64,000 nucleotides of DNA from Kiritimatiellia bacterium (GTDB lineage: Bacteria > Verrucomicrobiota > Kiritimatiellia > CAIVKH01): contig DAOLDL010000004.1 of assembly GCA_035327305.1 (NCBI GenBank), forward strand, positions 12,180 through 76,179. Direction: 5' to 3'. The position numbers and the translations under genes are program-made. Below, in pieces: positions 27,497-39,949 of the stretch. Position 1 is the first letter of the stretch. Every line of letters begins with the position of its first letter. Below the pieces are notes generated by a model. The model saw nothing but the letters and a program-made list of their open reading frames with translations. It did no database searches and was not told where the DNA came from.

Positions 27497-29011
27497 ATGA
27501 CACTACAACTCAAACCCGAGGAAGTATCGACCATTCTGAAAAAACAGCTCGAGGATTTCGGGCTGAACGAACAGACATATGAAATCGGCACGGTGCTAAG
27601 CGTCGGTGACGGAATCGCCCGTGCCCACGGCCTGTCGAATGTCATGGCCGGAGAGCTGGTCGAATTTTCCAGCGGCATTATGGGCATGGCCCTGAACCTT
27701 GAAGAGGACAACGTCGGCGTGGCCATTTTCGGTGAAGACACCCACATCCGCGAAGGCGATCAGGTTCGCCGCACCGGCAAAATCGCCTCCGTTCCGGTCG
27801 GCGATGCCTTGATTGGTCGTATCGTGGACGCCCTGGGCAACGCCATTGACGGCGGTGCGCCAATACCAACCCACACCATGCGCCCGATTGAATCCAAGGC
27901 CCCCGGTATTATCGACCGGCAGGATGTCAAAGAGCCGATGCAAACAGGAACAAAGGTCATCGACGCCTTGACGCCGATCGGTCGCGGTCAGCGCGAATTG
28001 ATCATTGGCGACCGTAAAACCGGAAAGACCACCATTGCCATCGACACAATCATCAACCAGCGCGGCGAAAACGTGAAATGTTTCTATGTCGCAATCGGCC
28101 AGAAACGTTCGACGGTGGTACAGGTGTACGAGACCTTGAAAAAGTATGGCGCCATGGAATACACCACGATCATTGCGGCCACCGCATCGGATCCGGCAAC
28201 CATGCAGTTCCTGGCTTCTTACAGCGGTTGCGCCATGGCCGAACATTATCGCGACAACGGTCAGCATGCGTTGATAATTTACGACGACCTGACCAAACAG
28301 GCGCAAGCCTACCGCCAGCTTTCCCTGCTGTTGCGTCGTCCGCCCGGACGCGAAGCCTTCCCCGGCGATATTTTTTATTTACATAGCCGCCTGTTGGAAC
28401 GCGCCGCCAAAATGAGTGAAGCCAACGGCGGGGGAAGCCTTACCGCGTTACCGGTAATTGAAACCCAGGCCAACGACGTGTCAGCCTACATTCCGACCAA
28501 TGTGATATCCATCACCGACGGCCAGATATTCCTCGAATCCGACTTGTTCAATGCCGGCCAACGCCCGGCGGTAAACGCCGGCCTCTCCGTATCCCGAGTT
28601 GGCGGTGATGCCCAGGTCAAGGGTATGAAACAAACTGCGGGTTCACTTCGCCTCGAATTGGCGCAATACCGGGAACTCGCCGCATTTTCACAATTTGCGT
28701 CCGACCTTGATCCGGCAACCCGCAAACAACTTGAACGCGGAAAACGCCTGATGGAAATCATGAAGCAGGGCATTCATGAACCGTTGCCGGTCGCCAAGCA
28801 AGTTGCCGCTATTTTCGCCGGAACCAACGGCTTCCTTGATGACGTCCCCGTGGAAAACGTCCGCGACTTTGAAGCCAAACTGTACGAAGCCATGGACGGC
28901 TCTTTCGCGGATGCCACCCGGTTGTTCAACGAGAAAAAAGCCATGACCGACGAAGTCAAAAAGGCCTTCGTTGACATGTTGACGGAATTCAAGCGCACAT
29001 ACGGCAAATAA
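27497..29011 (+). CDS. atpA: F0F1 ATP synthase subunit alpha
   Basis: Walker A GDRKTGKT and [25 protein letters not shown]. Confidence 0.95.
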   Translation: MTLQLKPEEVSTILKKQLEDFGLNEQTYEIGTVLSVGDGIARAHGLSNVMAGELVEFSSGIMGMALNLEEDNVGVAIFGEDTHIREGDQVRRTGKIASVPVGDALIGRIVDALGNAIDGGAPIPTHTMRPIESKAPGIIDRQDVKEPMQTGTKVIDALTPIGRGQRELIIGDRKTGKTTIAIDTIINQRGENVKCFYVAIGQKRSTVVQVYETLKKYGAMEYTTIIAATASDPATMQFLASYSGCAMAEHYRDNGQHALIIYDDLTKQAQAYRQLSLLLRRPPGREAFPGDIFYLHSRLLERAAKMSEANGGGSLTALPVIETQANDVSAYIPTNVISITDGQIFLESDLFNAGQRPAVNAGLSVSRVGGDAQVKGMKQTAGSLRLELAQYRELAAFSQFASDLDPATRKQLERGKRLMEIMKQGIHEPLPVAKQVAAIFAGTNGFLDDVPVENVRDFEAKLYEAMDGSFADATRLFNEKKAMTDEVKKAFVDMLTEFKRTYGK

Positions 29012-29026
29012 CACGGTAATTACATC

Positions 29027-31681
<2,655 letters not shown>

Positions 31682-31684
31682 ACA

Positions 31685-32053
31685 ATGCAAGCCATTAACC
31701 TCGTGCTTTGGGTGCACATAGTTTCCATGGTCAGCGTGATCGGCATCATGCTGTTCGTCCAGCGTTGTCTTGCCCCCGAAGTACGCAACAACGCAGAAAT
31801 GTCGCGCTCCATCGCCCGCCTGGCCAATACACTTTTGGCCATCGGCCTGATCGCAGGTATTTCCTACTACGTTCTGAACAAAGGCTACACCATGGGGCCG
31901 CACTACAACGGTGTCGTGGGCGTAAAATTTGTTTTCCTGCTGGGTGCGGGAGCTGTTATCGGTATCAGCAAAGGCACGGATCGGGGAGACGTTTTTCGCT
32001 GGATTGCTTTTTCCCTTATGATGGTGGCGTCGCTTTTCGGCGCAACACTGTAA
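31685..32053 (+). CDS. Small 4-TM membrane protein, unknown function, immediately downstream of atpC
   Basis: 122 aa and hydrophobic. It starts 4 nt after the atpC stop. Confidence 0.4.
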   Translation: MQAINLVLWVHIVSMVSVIGIMLFVQRCLAPEVRNNAEMSRSIARLANTLLAIGLIAGISYYVLNKGYTMGPHYNGVVGVKFVFLLGAGAVIGISKGTDRGDVFRWIAFSLMMVASLFGATL

Positions 32054-32060
32054 TTGCCCG

Positions 32061-32381
32061 ATGATGGTTAAATTAAAGAAGAAGTGGGGCATTACCAGCA
32101 CACTGCAGTTCATCCTGATTCTCGTGGTATTCTCACTGGCCGGTTTAGCCATTACCCAGTGCCGTGCGCCGGTTTTTCATGTTTTCGGTCTCACCGAGGA
32201 AACACCGATGTGGCTCAAAGTCACTGTGTATTTGTTGTGCGTGTTTCCACTCTACCAGCTATTCCTTCTTGTTTTTGGCGCATTGCTGGGCCAGTTCCGC
32301 TTCTTTTGGGAAAAAGAAAAACGCATGGTGCAATGGGTGACCGCTAAAATAACCGGCGAACGAACCACGGCTCAATCCTGA
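32061..32381 (+). CDS. Small 2-TM membrane protein, unknown function
   Basis: MMVKLKKKWGITSTLQFILILVVFSLAGL, then a second helix and a basic C-terminus. Confidence 0.35.
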   Translation: MMVKLKKKWGITSTLQFILILVVFSLAGLAITQCRAPVFHVFGLTEETPMWLKVTVYLLCVFPLYQLFLLVFGALLGQFRFFWEKEKRMVQWVTAKITGERTTAQS

Positions 32382-32460
32382 CGCCCATAACGGGACAGGC
32401 CGAATCCCTGTAATATCCGGCGCTTGCTTGATTCTCAAAAACGCCTTATCGTCTTTAACC

Positions 32461-33297
32461 ATGACCAATCCCATTCAATATGTAGCCTATCTCGGCCCCA
32501 GCGGAACGTTCTCTGAATTGATGGCACAAAAGCGCTTCGGAAAAAATATCGAGCGGGTCCCCTTTCCCGGCATCTATGAAGTATTCGAGTATGTGCGCAC
32601 CCACAAAAACGGCGTGGGAATTGTTCCGATAGAAAACTCCTCCGGCGGCACCATTTATGAAACGATCGATTGCCTGGTGGAAACACGTCGACCCCTCGTG
32701 ATCCGCGAAGAACTATCCCTGCAAGTCAGATTGGCTTTGTTGGGTCACAAGGGTGAAAAAATAAACACCTTGTATTCGCACTTCGCGCCCATGCAACATT
32801 GCGACCCCTGGATTCGCAAACATCTTCCACGCGTCGAACGCAAGGAAACCGCGTCCACCGCCGTCGCGGCGGAAACCGTTGCGACCAACCGTCATGCCGC
32901 CGCTCTCGGAATGAAACAAGCCGCCAAACGTTATGGGTTGGACATTCTTGAATTTCCCGTGCAACCCGAAGTGCCCAACCTGACTCAATTCGTCTGTATC
33001 GGACATCGCGGTCCGGCATTCAAAGATGCGGTTAAAACCAGCCTGATCGTCACGCTTCACAACCGACCCGGCAGTTTGTGCGAATTTCTGGAAATCTTCC
33101 GCGACCACCGCGTTAACATGACGCGTTTGCTTTCGCGACCGATGATCGGTCGACCGAAATCCTACATATTTTTTATTGATATCGAGGGTACGCCGGAAAA
33201 CCAAAATGTCGGCAAGGCGCTTGGCAAAGCCAAAAAGGTCGCGGAAAGCTTGCGTGACGCCGGCTCCTACCCGGTGCGTCGGCCCTATTTATCGTAA
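32461..33297 (+). CDS. pheA: Prephenate dehydratase (PDT + ACT domains)
   Basis: VAYLGPSGTFSE at the N-terminus and a C-terminal ACT domain (SLIVTLHNRPGSLCEFLEIF). Start at MTNPIQY. The track ORF starts at 32428. Confidence 0.85.
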   Translation: MTNPIQYVAYLGPSGTFSELMAQKRFGKNIERVPFPGIYEVFEYVRTHKNGVGIVPIENSSGGTIYETIDCLVETRRPLVIREELSLQVRLALLGHKGEKINTLYSHFAPMQHCDPWIRKHLPRVERKETASTAVAAETVATNRHAAALGMKQAAKRYGLDILEFPVQPEVPNLTQFVCIGHRGPAFKDAVKTSLIVTLHNRPGSLCEFLEIFRDHRVNMTRLLSRPMIGRPKSYIFFIDIEGTPENQNVGKALGKAKKVAESLRDAGSYPVRRPYLS

Positions 33298-33323
33298 GTA
33301 ACGCGTAGTGAACGATGCTTTTT

Positions 33324-35609
33324 TTATTCGCCTGCCTCCACCGGGGCTTTGACTGGCGCATCTTCTTCTGCAGGTGCTTCCGCAGTAGGCGGTTCAATCG
33401 GTGCCTCCGAAGCCGTATCTTCAACTGATTCAGCTACCGGCACATCCGTTTGCATTTTCACTTTGCGTAACGATTCAGGCAGATATCCATCCAGGCGTCC
33501 GATCAGCCATAAATACGACAACACAAGCAATACCGCGATCGCCAGGTAGAGCTTCCATGGTTTTTTCTTCTCGGCAAACGGATCATCCATGGTGCGAATC
33601 GCGCCTTCAGGAAGTTTTGCAACTTTGGTCAAGGCGGCCCCAAACGGCACGTTCAACTTGGCCTTGGTATTGATAGCCCAGCCATTGGCGTCAAGAATGG
33701 GACCGAGGTTGCGATTGCGAAGTTTAAGCCAGGCCAGCAACATGGATGGACCAGAAATCAGAAATATAATCCCTATGATTCCTAGCGGCAACCAAATGCC
33801 CAAGCCAAACATGGATTGCAACAATCCGGCGACCAGGGCGCTGACACCGCCCACCGCCGCGCCGATCAGGGCAATGGTGCCGAGATCAAGCTTTTTGGCT
33901 GGAGCGGGAGCCGGAGTAGCCGGTTTTTGATCGGCCGTGGCAACCACGGCCGCGGCTTCCGACATTTTACCTGTGGAAGCCTCATCGGCGGATTGTGCAC
34001 GTTTGGCAACTTGATCTTCAATAAAACGGACGAACTTCTTGTATGGGAGCCAGAAAGCTTCGCGGATGCTGATTGGATTGGCCACAACTCTGGTGATGGT
34101 GGCATCCCAGTCGTTTCCGCGACGATCGTAGAAAACGCCGTTGCGCCCGACCATAAGGTTGTCAGAGTCGCCATCGGTAAATGCGGCTACGATGTTGCGT
34201 TTCAACCCGCCCGGGCGTTTGATTTCACAATAGGCGAGGTAAGCTCCCGATAAACCGGCCATGGCCGCGTGCTTTGCTTCATCAGCGACTTCAATACACA
34301 ACGAACACGCGCGCGCGTCGAGATAAAGAGTTCCGACTTGGAATACCGCGCCCTTTTGTCCGTAGAAGTCACCAAAATTTACGTAATTGGTCAAAAGGTC
34401 GACAAGGTCGCGTTGAAAACGGACGAGCTTCTCCAATGCTCCAATATGCGCATTCTCTCCGGCCAGCACATTGTCCTTGGCGATCAATGCGGAAATGGCT
34501 TCTCTCGATTTCCCGGCCAATATTTCCTTCAAGCGGGGAACACCAAGCGCGGCCACGGCATCAGCGGGACGGGTGGCAATCCATGAGGCAAAGGGAGCGA
34601 GCTTGGCTTGCAGGCTTTCCCACTCTACGGCAGTGAGACTTTCTTTTGACCCAAGGACCGGGGTTACTGCATGTTCATTCAACACGGCGATGGCCGATTC
34701 CCATGCAGGATTTAATCCGGTCTTTAACGGCAGTGCTTTTCCGGCGGCGATTGATGCCAGCGGCAAGGCGGCAATTTCCGCATCGGTGATTGTCATGTCT
34801 TTGGCCGCCATGGCCAGATATTCGGACTCTTCGCGGTTCAATGCTCCAACCGCACGTGCGTCATAAACAGCAAGGCGGCACCTCGCGAAAAAGTCGTTAA
34901 CCTTCACCTTGACTGCATCAAGCGCCTTCAACGCCGCTTCCGACTTTTCAACGCCGAGCGGGGCGATGGTTGCATCAGTCGCTATTTTTTCAGTCCATGT
35001 GACATATGCGGATGCCTGATCAAAAAAAGCATCCGCACTGGACTGATTTACGCCGGGCTTGCCACTGCGATCGGAGACCGCACCCATGACGGAAATAATT
35101 TCTGCAATCGCTTTCCTGGTTTCTTCGTCTTCCGCCGCCTCGGCAGGAACAATTCCGTCACCATTAAACAACGTATTGCTGAAGATTTTCGTCTGATCGG
35201 CGATGTCGTCGATGCTGATGGCGTCCGCATCAGCTTTGCCGAGATTATCAAGAACACGGCGCGCCCCGGCCAATAGAGCCTCGTCTTTAATGTTGGAAAG
35301 TTTTACGGCATTACCGCCATCGATCAAGGCATCAAGATTCTTGAATGCACCTTGCGCCCACTCAACGGCGGCGATGACTTCCAATGGCCTTATGCGCCCA
35401 TCACCATCAAGATCAAGAAGGTCTGCCGTTTTCGGATCGAACTCGACGCCCCGGGTGGGCATACCCAACGCCATCCAAAGCTTTTGGTCAAGATTGCGGA
35501 GGTTCGCGATATCCTCTCCGTTTTTTAAAACAACTTGATCCACGCCGCCGGAGCGGAAAAACGTCCAATGGTGTGTTTCATCTGACGAATGATCAAACGG
35601 CAGTTTCAT
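33324..35609 (-). CDS. Large membrane protein of unknown function with N-terminal EF-hand-like loop and C-terminal 3-TM anchor
   Basis: DLLDLDGDGRIRPLEV is a canonical 12-residue EF-hand loop. A ~560-aa soluble alpha-rich region follows, then a Pro/Ala linker and TM helices (IALIGAAVGGVSALVAGLLQSMFGLGIWLPLGIIGIIFLI; LYLAIAVLLVLSYLWLIG). Confidence 0.55.
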   Translation of the reverse strand: MKLPFDHSSDETHHWTFFRSGGVDQVVLKNGEDIANLRNLDQKLWMALGMPTRGVEFDPKTADLLDLDGDGRIRPLEVIAAVEWAQGAFKNLDALIDGGNAVKLSNIKDEALLAGARRVLDNLGKADADAISIDDIADQTKIFSNTLFNGDGIVPAEAAEDEETRKAIAEIISVMGAVSDRSGKPGVNQSSADAFFDQASAYVTWTEKIATDATIAPLGVEKSEAALKALDAVKVKVNDFFARCRLAVYDARAVGALNREESEYLAMAAKDMTITDAEIAALPLASIAAGKALPLKTGLNPAWESAIAVLNEHAVTPVLGSKESLTAVEWESLQAKLAPFASWIATRPADAVAALGVPRLKEILAGKSREAISALIAKDNVLAGENAHIGALEKLVRFQRDLVDLLTNYVNFGDFYGQKGAVFQVGTLYLDARACSLCIEVADEAKHAAMAGLSGAYLAYCEIKRPGGLKRNIVAAFTDGDSDNLMVGRNGVFYDRRGNDWDATITRVVANPISIREAFWLPYKKFVRFIEDQVAKRAQSADEASTGKMSEAAAVVATADQKPATPAPAPAKKLDLGTIALIGAAVGGVSALVAGLLQSMFGLGIWLPLGIIGIIFLISGPSMLLAWLKLRNRNLGPILDANGWAINTKAKLNVPFGAALTKVAKLPEGAIRTMDDPFAEKKKPWKLYLAIAVLLVLSYLWLIGRLDGYLPESLRKVKMQTDVPVAESVEDTASEAPIEPPTAEAPAEEDAPVKAPVEAGE

Positions 35610-35721
35610 GCTATACTCCTATAAATCCACATGGTGGAGCATCCATTAGTATCTAAATTTCGAGGATTATCCACTCAAATTTTGGGGGCTGAATCCAACC
35701 GAATACGGCACCGAATCACCT

Positions 35722-36190
35722 TCATGCGAAGAGTTCTTTCATTTTGTGATGACGGTAGGAGAATATCTTGAAGACATCCGGCTGGACAAACCAGCGGTTG
35801 ATGATGGCTCCACCCGGAGGCTCATAGTCAACCTGATCACGGCAAAGGGTACCGCCATCCACGGCTTCAAAGGTGTGCTCATGAATCCACACACGGTATG
35901 GTCCATTTAGTTGTTCGTCTATAAATCGCCGCGATGGTTCCCAGGTCGTGATCTCTGTTTTCCAGGCAACGGGTATGCCATGCAGTCGAATGGTGTAGTC
36001 GATATGAACACCCTTATCCATGGCAACCGGTAATGGTGTCTTGATTTGAAAATGGACCCAGGGCGGCGTGATCAGATTCAAATTTTCCGCCCTGGCAAAA
36101 AAATCAAAAATATGTTCACGGGAGTGAGGAAGCCATAAACTGGCCGACACACGCCAGCGGCGGACGCTTATCCGTTCAATTTGCAACTTT
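35722..36190 (-). CDS. SRPBCC (polyketide-cyclase/START-like) family protein
   Basis: WVHFQIKTPLPVAMDKGVHIDYTIRLHGIPVAWKTEITTWEPSRRFIDEQLNGPYRVWIHEHTFEAVDGGTL is the SRPBCC ligand-binding fold pattern. The start is uncertain: the track ORF runs to 36348 and overlaps the upstream gene, so a TTG/GTG start near 36190 is likely. Confidence 0.45.
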
Positions 36191-36203
36191 TCCTCGATGT
36201 TGC

Positions 36204-36860
36204 TCAAGGCGTACCTGCCACACTGCCGAAACTTTGTTGCAGTAGCCAATGACCTTGAATAGAACGCGCGGCTACCTGAACCCGCTCTATCTGACACATC
36301 AGTGACTTCATCGCGGAAATCAACATATTCAGCCGTTCGTCCTCGCATTGCGACACCAGAATTTTTTGCCTGAGTTCAACATCCATCTCCAAAGAGGACG
36401 CGAGAAGAAATGACAAATCAGAAATCCCGGCATAGTGGCGATCTTCAGGCATGGAACCCGTGATGGCGTGAATTACCGCACGATGTAAATGGTAAGCCTT
36501 GTTGGCAAGGTCTTCATTCCAGTCGGCTCGCGTATCGTGATACAGCGTAATAGCGGATTGCTGGCAGGGATCACCGGCCTCAACGCCATGAATCGCAACA
36601 CGTCGACGACCAGCCACCACAACGTCCATTCGCCCGTCCTCGTAATGTTTGATTACTTTCAAAAGACGGACGACACAACCCACATCCGCAATTGCCTGGT
36701 TGTCAGAGTACGCAATGACAAATTCACCCGACCCGCCCGCTTTCTCGAGGGAAAGACAGTCATGAATCAGGCGCTTAAACCGGTCTTCAAAAATATGAAG
36801 CGGCACGATTTCGTGAGGGCAAACCGCTATGGGAAGCGGAAATATAGGCAAGCTGTCCAT
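36204..36860 (-). CDS. Stand-alone Lon N-terminal (LON substrate-binding, PUA-like) domain protein
   Basis: LPIFPLPIAVCPHEIVPLHIFEDRFKRLI matches the Lon-N signature (LP.FPL..vv.P....PLhIFEpRY). Start at MDSLPIF. Confidence 0.5.
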   Translation of the reverse strand: MDSLPIFPLPIAVCPHEIVPLHIFEDRFKRLIHDCLSLEKAGGSGEFVIAYSDNQAIADVGCVVRLLKVIKHYEDGRMDVVVAGRRRVAIHGVEAGDPCQQSAITLYHDTRADWNEDLANKAYHLHRAVIHAITGSMPEDRHYAGISDLSFLLASSLEMDVELRQKILVSQCEDERLNMLISAMKSLMCQIERVQVAARSIQGHWLLQQSFGSVAGTP

Positions 36861-36914
36861 GATGTAGTATCCATCAGCTCGCGCACTTTTCCAGCGCCAC
36901 TGCAAACATTTTGC

Positions 36915-38678
36915 TTAAATTACGAGGACGTTGTTTGCTTCCGATTGGCGGGATTGCATATTCAGCAGTTCGGCAAAATACCCGCGGGCGGCGACGAGTT
37001 GCTCGTATCCGCCCTCCTCCATAATCGTTCCATTGTTGAGGACGACTATGCGGTCCGCGTCGCGAATGGTACTCAATCGGTGCGCAATGGTGATCATGGT
37101 GCGATTGACGGCCAAACGTCTCATCGCCTGCTGGATGTACATTTCGCTGGCATAATCCAGCGCCGATGTGGCTTCATCGAGAATCAGAATACGGGGATCA
37201 CGCAGAATTGCCCGGGCGATGGACAGCCTCTGCCGCTGACCTCCTGACAACATCACGCCGCGCTCACCCACCAATGTCTCGTATTGACTGGGCATCTCCA
37301 TGATGAAATCATGGGCAAAAGCCTGCCGGGCGGCTTCCCGGACTTCATCATCGGTCGCATCGGGTTTCGCAAACCGGATATTATCGGCCACACTGCCGGA
37401 TAGTATCAAACTTTCCTGTAAAACAATCGCGGTTTGCTTTCGCAACCAGCGCATGTCCCAGTCCTCCTGCGACACGCCATCAATCAATATACGGCCACCA
37501 ACCGGCTTGTAGAGCCCCAGCAACAATGCCGCCAAGGTGCTTTTTCCGGAGCCGGAAGGCCCGACCAGCGCGATGTGCTCGCCGGGTTGAACCGAAAGGT
37601 TGAATTTTTCAAGAACCGGCCGCGTTCCGCCTTCGTACATGAAAGAGACGTTGTCGTATTGAATACGGCCCTCCAATCGCTCGGCCTTCATTTGCCCATG
37701 CCATTCCTCGACATAGGTGGAGTCCAGTAATTCCGAAACACTGCGATAGCTTTCCTGGCCGGCAAAATATTGTTCACCCATGCTGGCGAAAAGGTGAATG
37801 GGCATCATGATAATCGGCAGGCCGGCCATAAAAGCCAGCATGGTTCCGAGTGTCATATTGCCGTGAATAACCAGAACAGCGCCGCCACCCACGGTCAACA
37901 GCATGAAAAATTGTGATGACAGGTACATGACCGTGCTGAACTTGAAGCTAATGCGGGTGAGAGCAAGCCGTGACTCGGCAAATTCACCGCTGTGCTGATT
38001 AAGGTTGTTGGTGACTTGCCGCTCTTCGCCGAGACTGCGGACCAACCGTAATGCCGTAATGACCTCACTGGCCGTTCCCGTGAGCTTTTCTTGAGATAAC
38101 CGGGTTGCTTCATTATGGCGTTTCAGCTTGTTGTGGAAACAATAGCGTATGATTGCGAATAGCGGCACCATGAAGATCAGCACAAATGAAAGCTGCCAGT
38201 TTAGATAAACAAGCAGAGCGGAAATACTTAAACTGTAAAGCGCGTTGGGCAGGAACTGGTTCATCAACTGCGTCATTGTTGCTTCGATTTTCTGCGTATC
38301 GAACGCATATTTCGACAACAGACGTCCGGCCTTCTGCCGGTCGAGGTAGGCAAAGTTAAGGTAATGCAATTTGTTGAAAATATCCGCCCTCAACATCAGC
38401 ATCAGCTTCGCCATTTTACGGGCTATTTCCATGGCTCCGCCGACCGCGAAAAAGTAGTGGATAAACAAGAGAGACATGAATATCAGCGCCAGAATACCGA
38501 TACCCCGGTAATCGCCGGCGGGTATTTTCTTGTCAATGATCTGCTGAAAAATCCACGGGCACGGCGCAATGATCAGACAACGCAACAGCGCATACGTGGT
38601 GCCCAGCCAGAACAGACGGAAATGCCGCAGTATATAGCGGATCAGGCTGGGGCCGTCATTTGATGAATGTGAAGACAT
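36915..38678 (-). CDS. ABC transporter permease/ATP-binding protein (type I exporter, MsbA-like)
   Basis: 6-TM N-domain. Walker A GPSGSGKST, signature LSGGQRQRLSIARAIL and Walker B ILILDEATSALD. Confidence 0.85.
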   Translation of the reverse strand: MSSHSSNDGPSLIRYILRHFRLFWLGTTYALLRCLIIAPCPWIFQQIIDKKIPAGDYRGIGILALIFMSLLFIHYFFAVGGAMEIARKMAKLMLMLRADIFNKLHYLNFAYLDRQKAGRLLSKYAFDTQKIEATMTQLMNQFLPNALYSLSISALLVYLNWQLSFVLIFMVPLFAIIRYCFHNKLKRHNEATRLSQEKLTGTASEVITALRLVRSLGEERQVTNNLNQHSGEFAESRLALTRISFKFSTVMYLSSQFFMLLTVGGGAVLVIHGNMTLGTMLAFMAGLPIIMMPIHLFASMGEQYFAGQESYRSVSELLDSTYVEEWHGQMKAERLEGRIQYDNVSFMYEGGTRPVLEKFNLSVQPGEHIALVGPSGSGKSTLAALLLGLYKPVGGRILIDGVSQEDWDMRWLRKQTAIVLQESLILSGSVADNIRFAKPDATDDEVREAARQAFAHDFIMEMPSQYETLVGERGVMLSGGQRQRLSIARAILRDPRILILDEATSALDYASEMYIQQAMRRLAVNRTMITIAHRLSTIRDADRIVVLNNGTIMEEGGYEQLVAARGYFAELLNMQSRQSEANNVLVI

Positions 38679-38870
38679 GGGCGCCAATTTAGCAGATTTG
38701 AACCAGTAACCCCAAGCTAACAATTGACCGTTGGATATTTTTAATCCGGTGCAAACCGGACATGTTTACCGGAAACGGAAATGATCAGCCCGCCCCCTAC
38801 CGGTAATATGCCCGGGCTTGATGACCGACTGTTGAACCTATACACTGACACCTGAACGGAGGCTGTTACC

Positions 38871-39929
38871 ATGTTTTGCTCAATCATAAAAACCACCAAC
38901 ACAAAACTATTGTCACGGTTTGTGCTTCTGGTTTTATTTTTCACCACTACCAGCGTTTACGCGAGGGTTTGGACGTCACAGCGAGGATCGACGATCGATG
39001 CAGAATTCGTCCGCATGGAGGGTGATCTCGTGATTCTGCAAAAAAACGACGGTGAACAGTTGCGCATTCGACTGGCTGATCTGATTCCTGCCGACCAGGT
39101 ATTCGCCCGCCAGTCCTCCGTTGCACCGACAATACCGGCCGCCCACAGAAATACAAAACCGCAAACCCCGATCACCCCCGGATATTCGATGATCATGAAC
39201 GGTGTCGAGCTGGTTCCGGGAAAGCGGATTCAATATGAAGCAGATGTCCCCAATACACTACAGAAGGAGGCCTCGAAGGACGGAAACCCCACCCAGTTAA
39301 AATCCCGGGCGGTCATTGCGTTGCCGATGAACTTTGATCCAGCCAAAACCTACCCGGTGCTGATCATTAACGCAACGTCCGACGGCAATGCATCAAGCGT
39401 GGATCATCATCGACAATACTGGGAGACCGGAATCGATCGCGGATGGATCGTTATCGCCGCAGATCCATTAGAAAAACCTAAGGTCGATAACAATATGTGG
39501 CGTTGGGCGCTGGTCTCGTCATCGCTCGAATCCATTCACAAAATCTGGCCGCAATCGCGCGCCTGGCCGGTAGCCACGGCAGGGTTTTCCGGAGGAGCCA
39601 AACGGTCCGGCTACATTGGCGCACTGCTCGCCAAAAATGATTATAAACTCATAGGGATGTTCATGGGCGGATGCAATCAAGACATGGCCAGCAAAGGGCT
39701 TGAAACCTTCAAACCGAAAAAAAGTGATTTTCTGCGGGTTCCGATATTTCTAAGCAACGGAACATCCGACACCATTGCAACCGTTGAAGCCGGACGGCGA
39801 ACCCTGCAATCCATGGACAAATCGGGATTCAAAAAACTTAAACTCGAGACATATGACGGCGGACATGAACTGTATAAACCACATGTAATGACTGCGCTTG
39901 ATTGGTTTACCAGCGAGCAAAACAAGTAA
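38871..39929 (+). CDS. Secreted alpha/beta-hydrolase (esterase) with N-terminal SHD1-like domain
   Basis: Signal peptide. WTSQRGSTIDAEFVRMEGDLVILQKNDGEQLRIRLADL matches the bacterial SHD1/SLA1-homology pattern. Nucleophile elbow GFSGGA in a C-terminal a/b-hydrolase fold. Confidence 0.55.
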   Translation: MFCSIIKTTNTKLLSRFVLLVLFFTTTSVYARVWTSQRGSTIDAEFVRMEGDLVILQKNDGEQLRIRLADLIPADQVFARQSSVAPTIPAAHRNTKPQTPITPGYSMIMNGVELVPGKRIQYEADVPNTLQKEASKDGNPTQLKSRAVIALPMNFDPAKTYPVLIINATSDGNASSVDHHRQYWETGIDRGWIVIAADPLEKPKVDNNMWRWALVSSSLESIHKIWPQSRAWPVATAGFSGGAKRSGYIGALLAKNDYKLIGMFMGGCNQDMASKGLETFKPKKSDFLRVPIFLSNGTSDTIATVEAGRRTLQSMDKSGFKKLKLETYDGGHELYKPHVMTALDWFTSEQNK

Positions 39930-39949
39930 CTATTGTGAAGGTCGCTTTT

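Noticed and set aside
27596-28306. 236-aa antisense ORF inside atpA (and similar antisense ORFs 26441..26926, 28688..29251, 29889..30698 inside atpF/atpA/atpD)
   Set aside because: These are shadow ORFs on the opposite strand of highly conserved ATP synthase genes, typical of high-GC DNA. They have no motifs.
36204-36348. 145-nt overlap between the Lon-N-domain gene and the SRPBCC gene as listed in the track
   Set aside because: It is probably an over-extended start for the SRPBCC ORF (the track uses the longest TTG/GTG start). The SRPBCC domain itself begins well downstream of the overlap.
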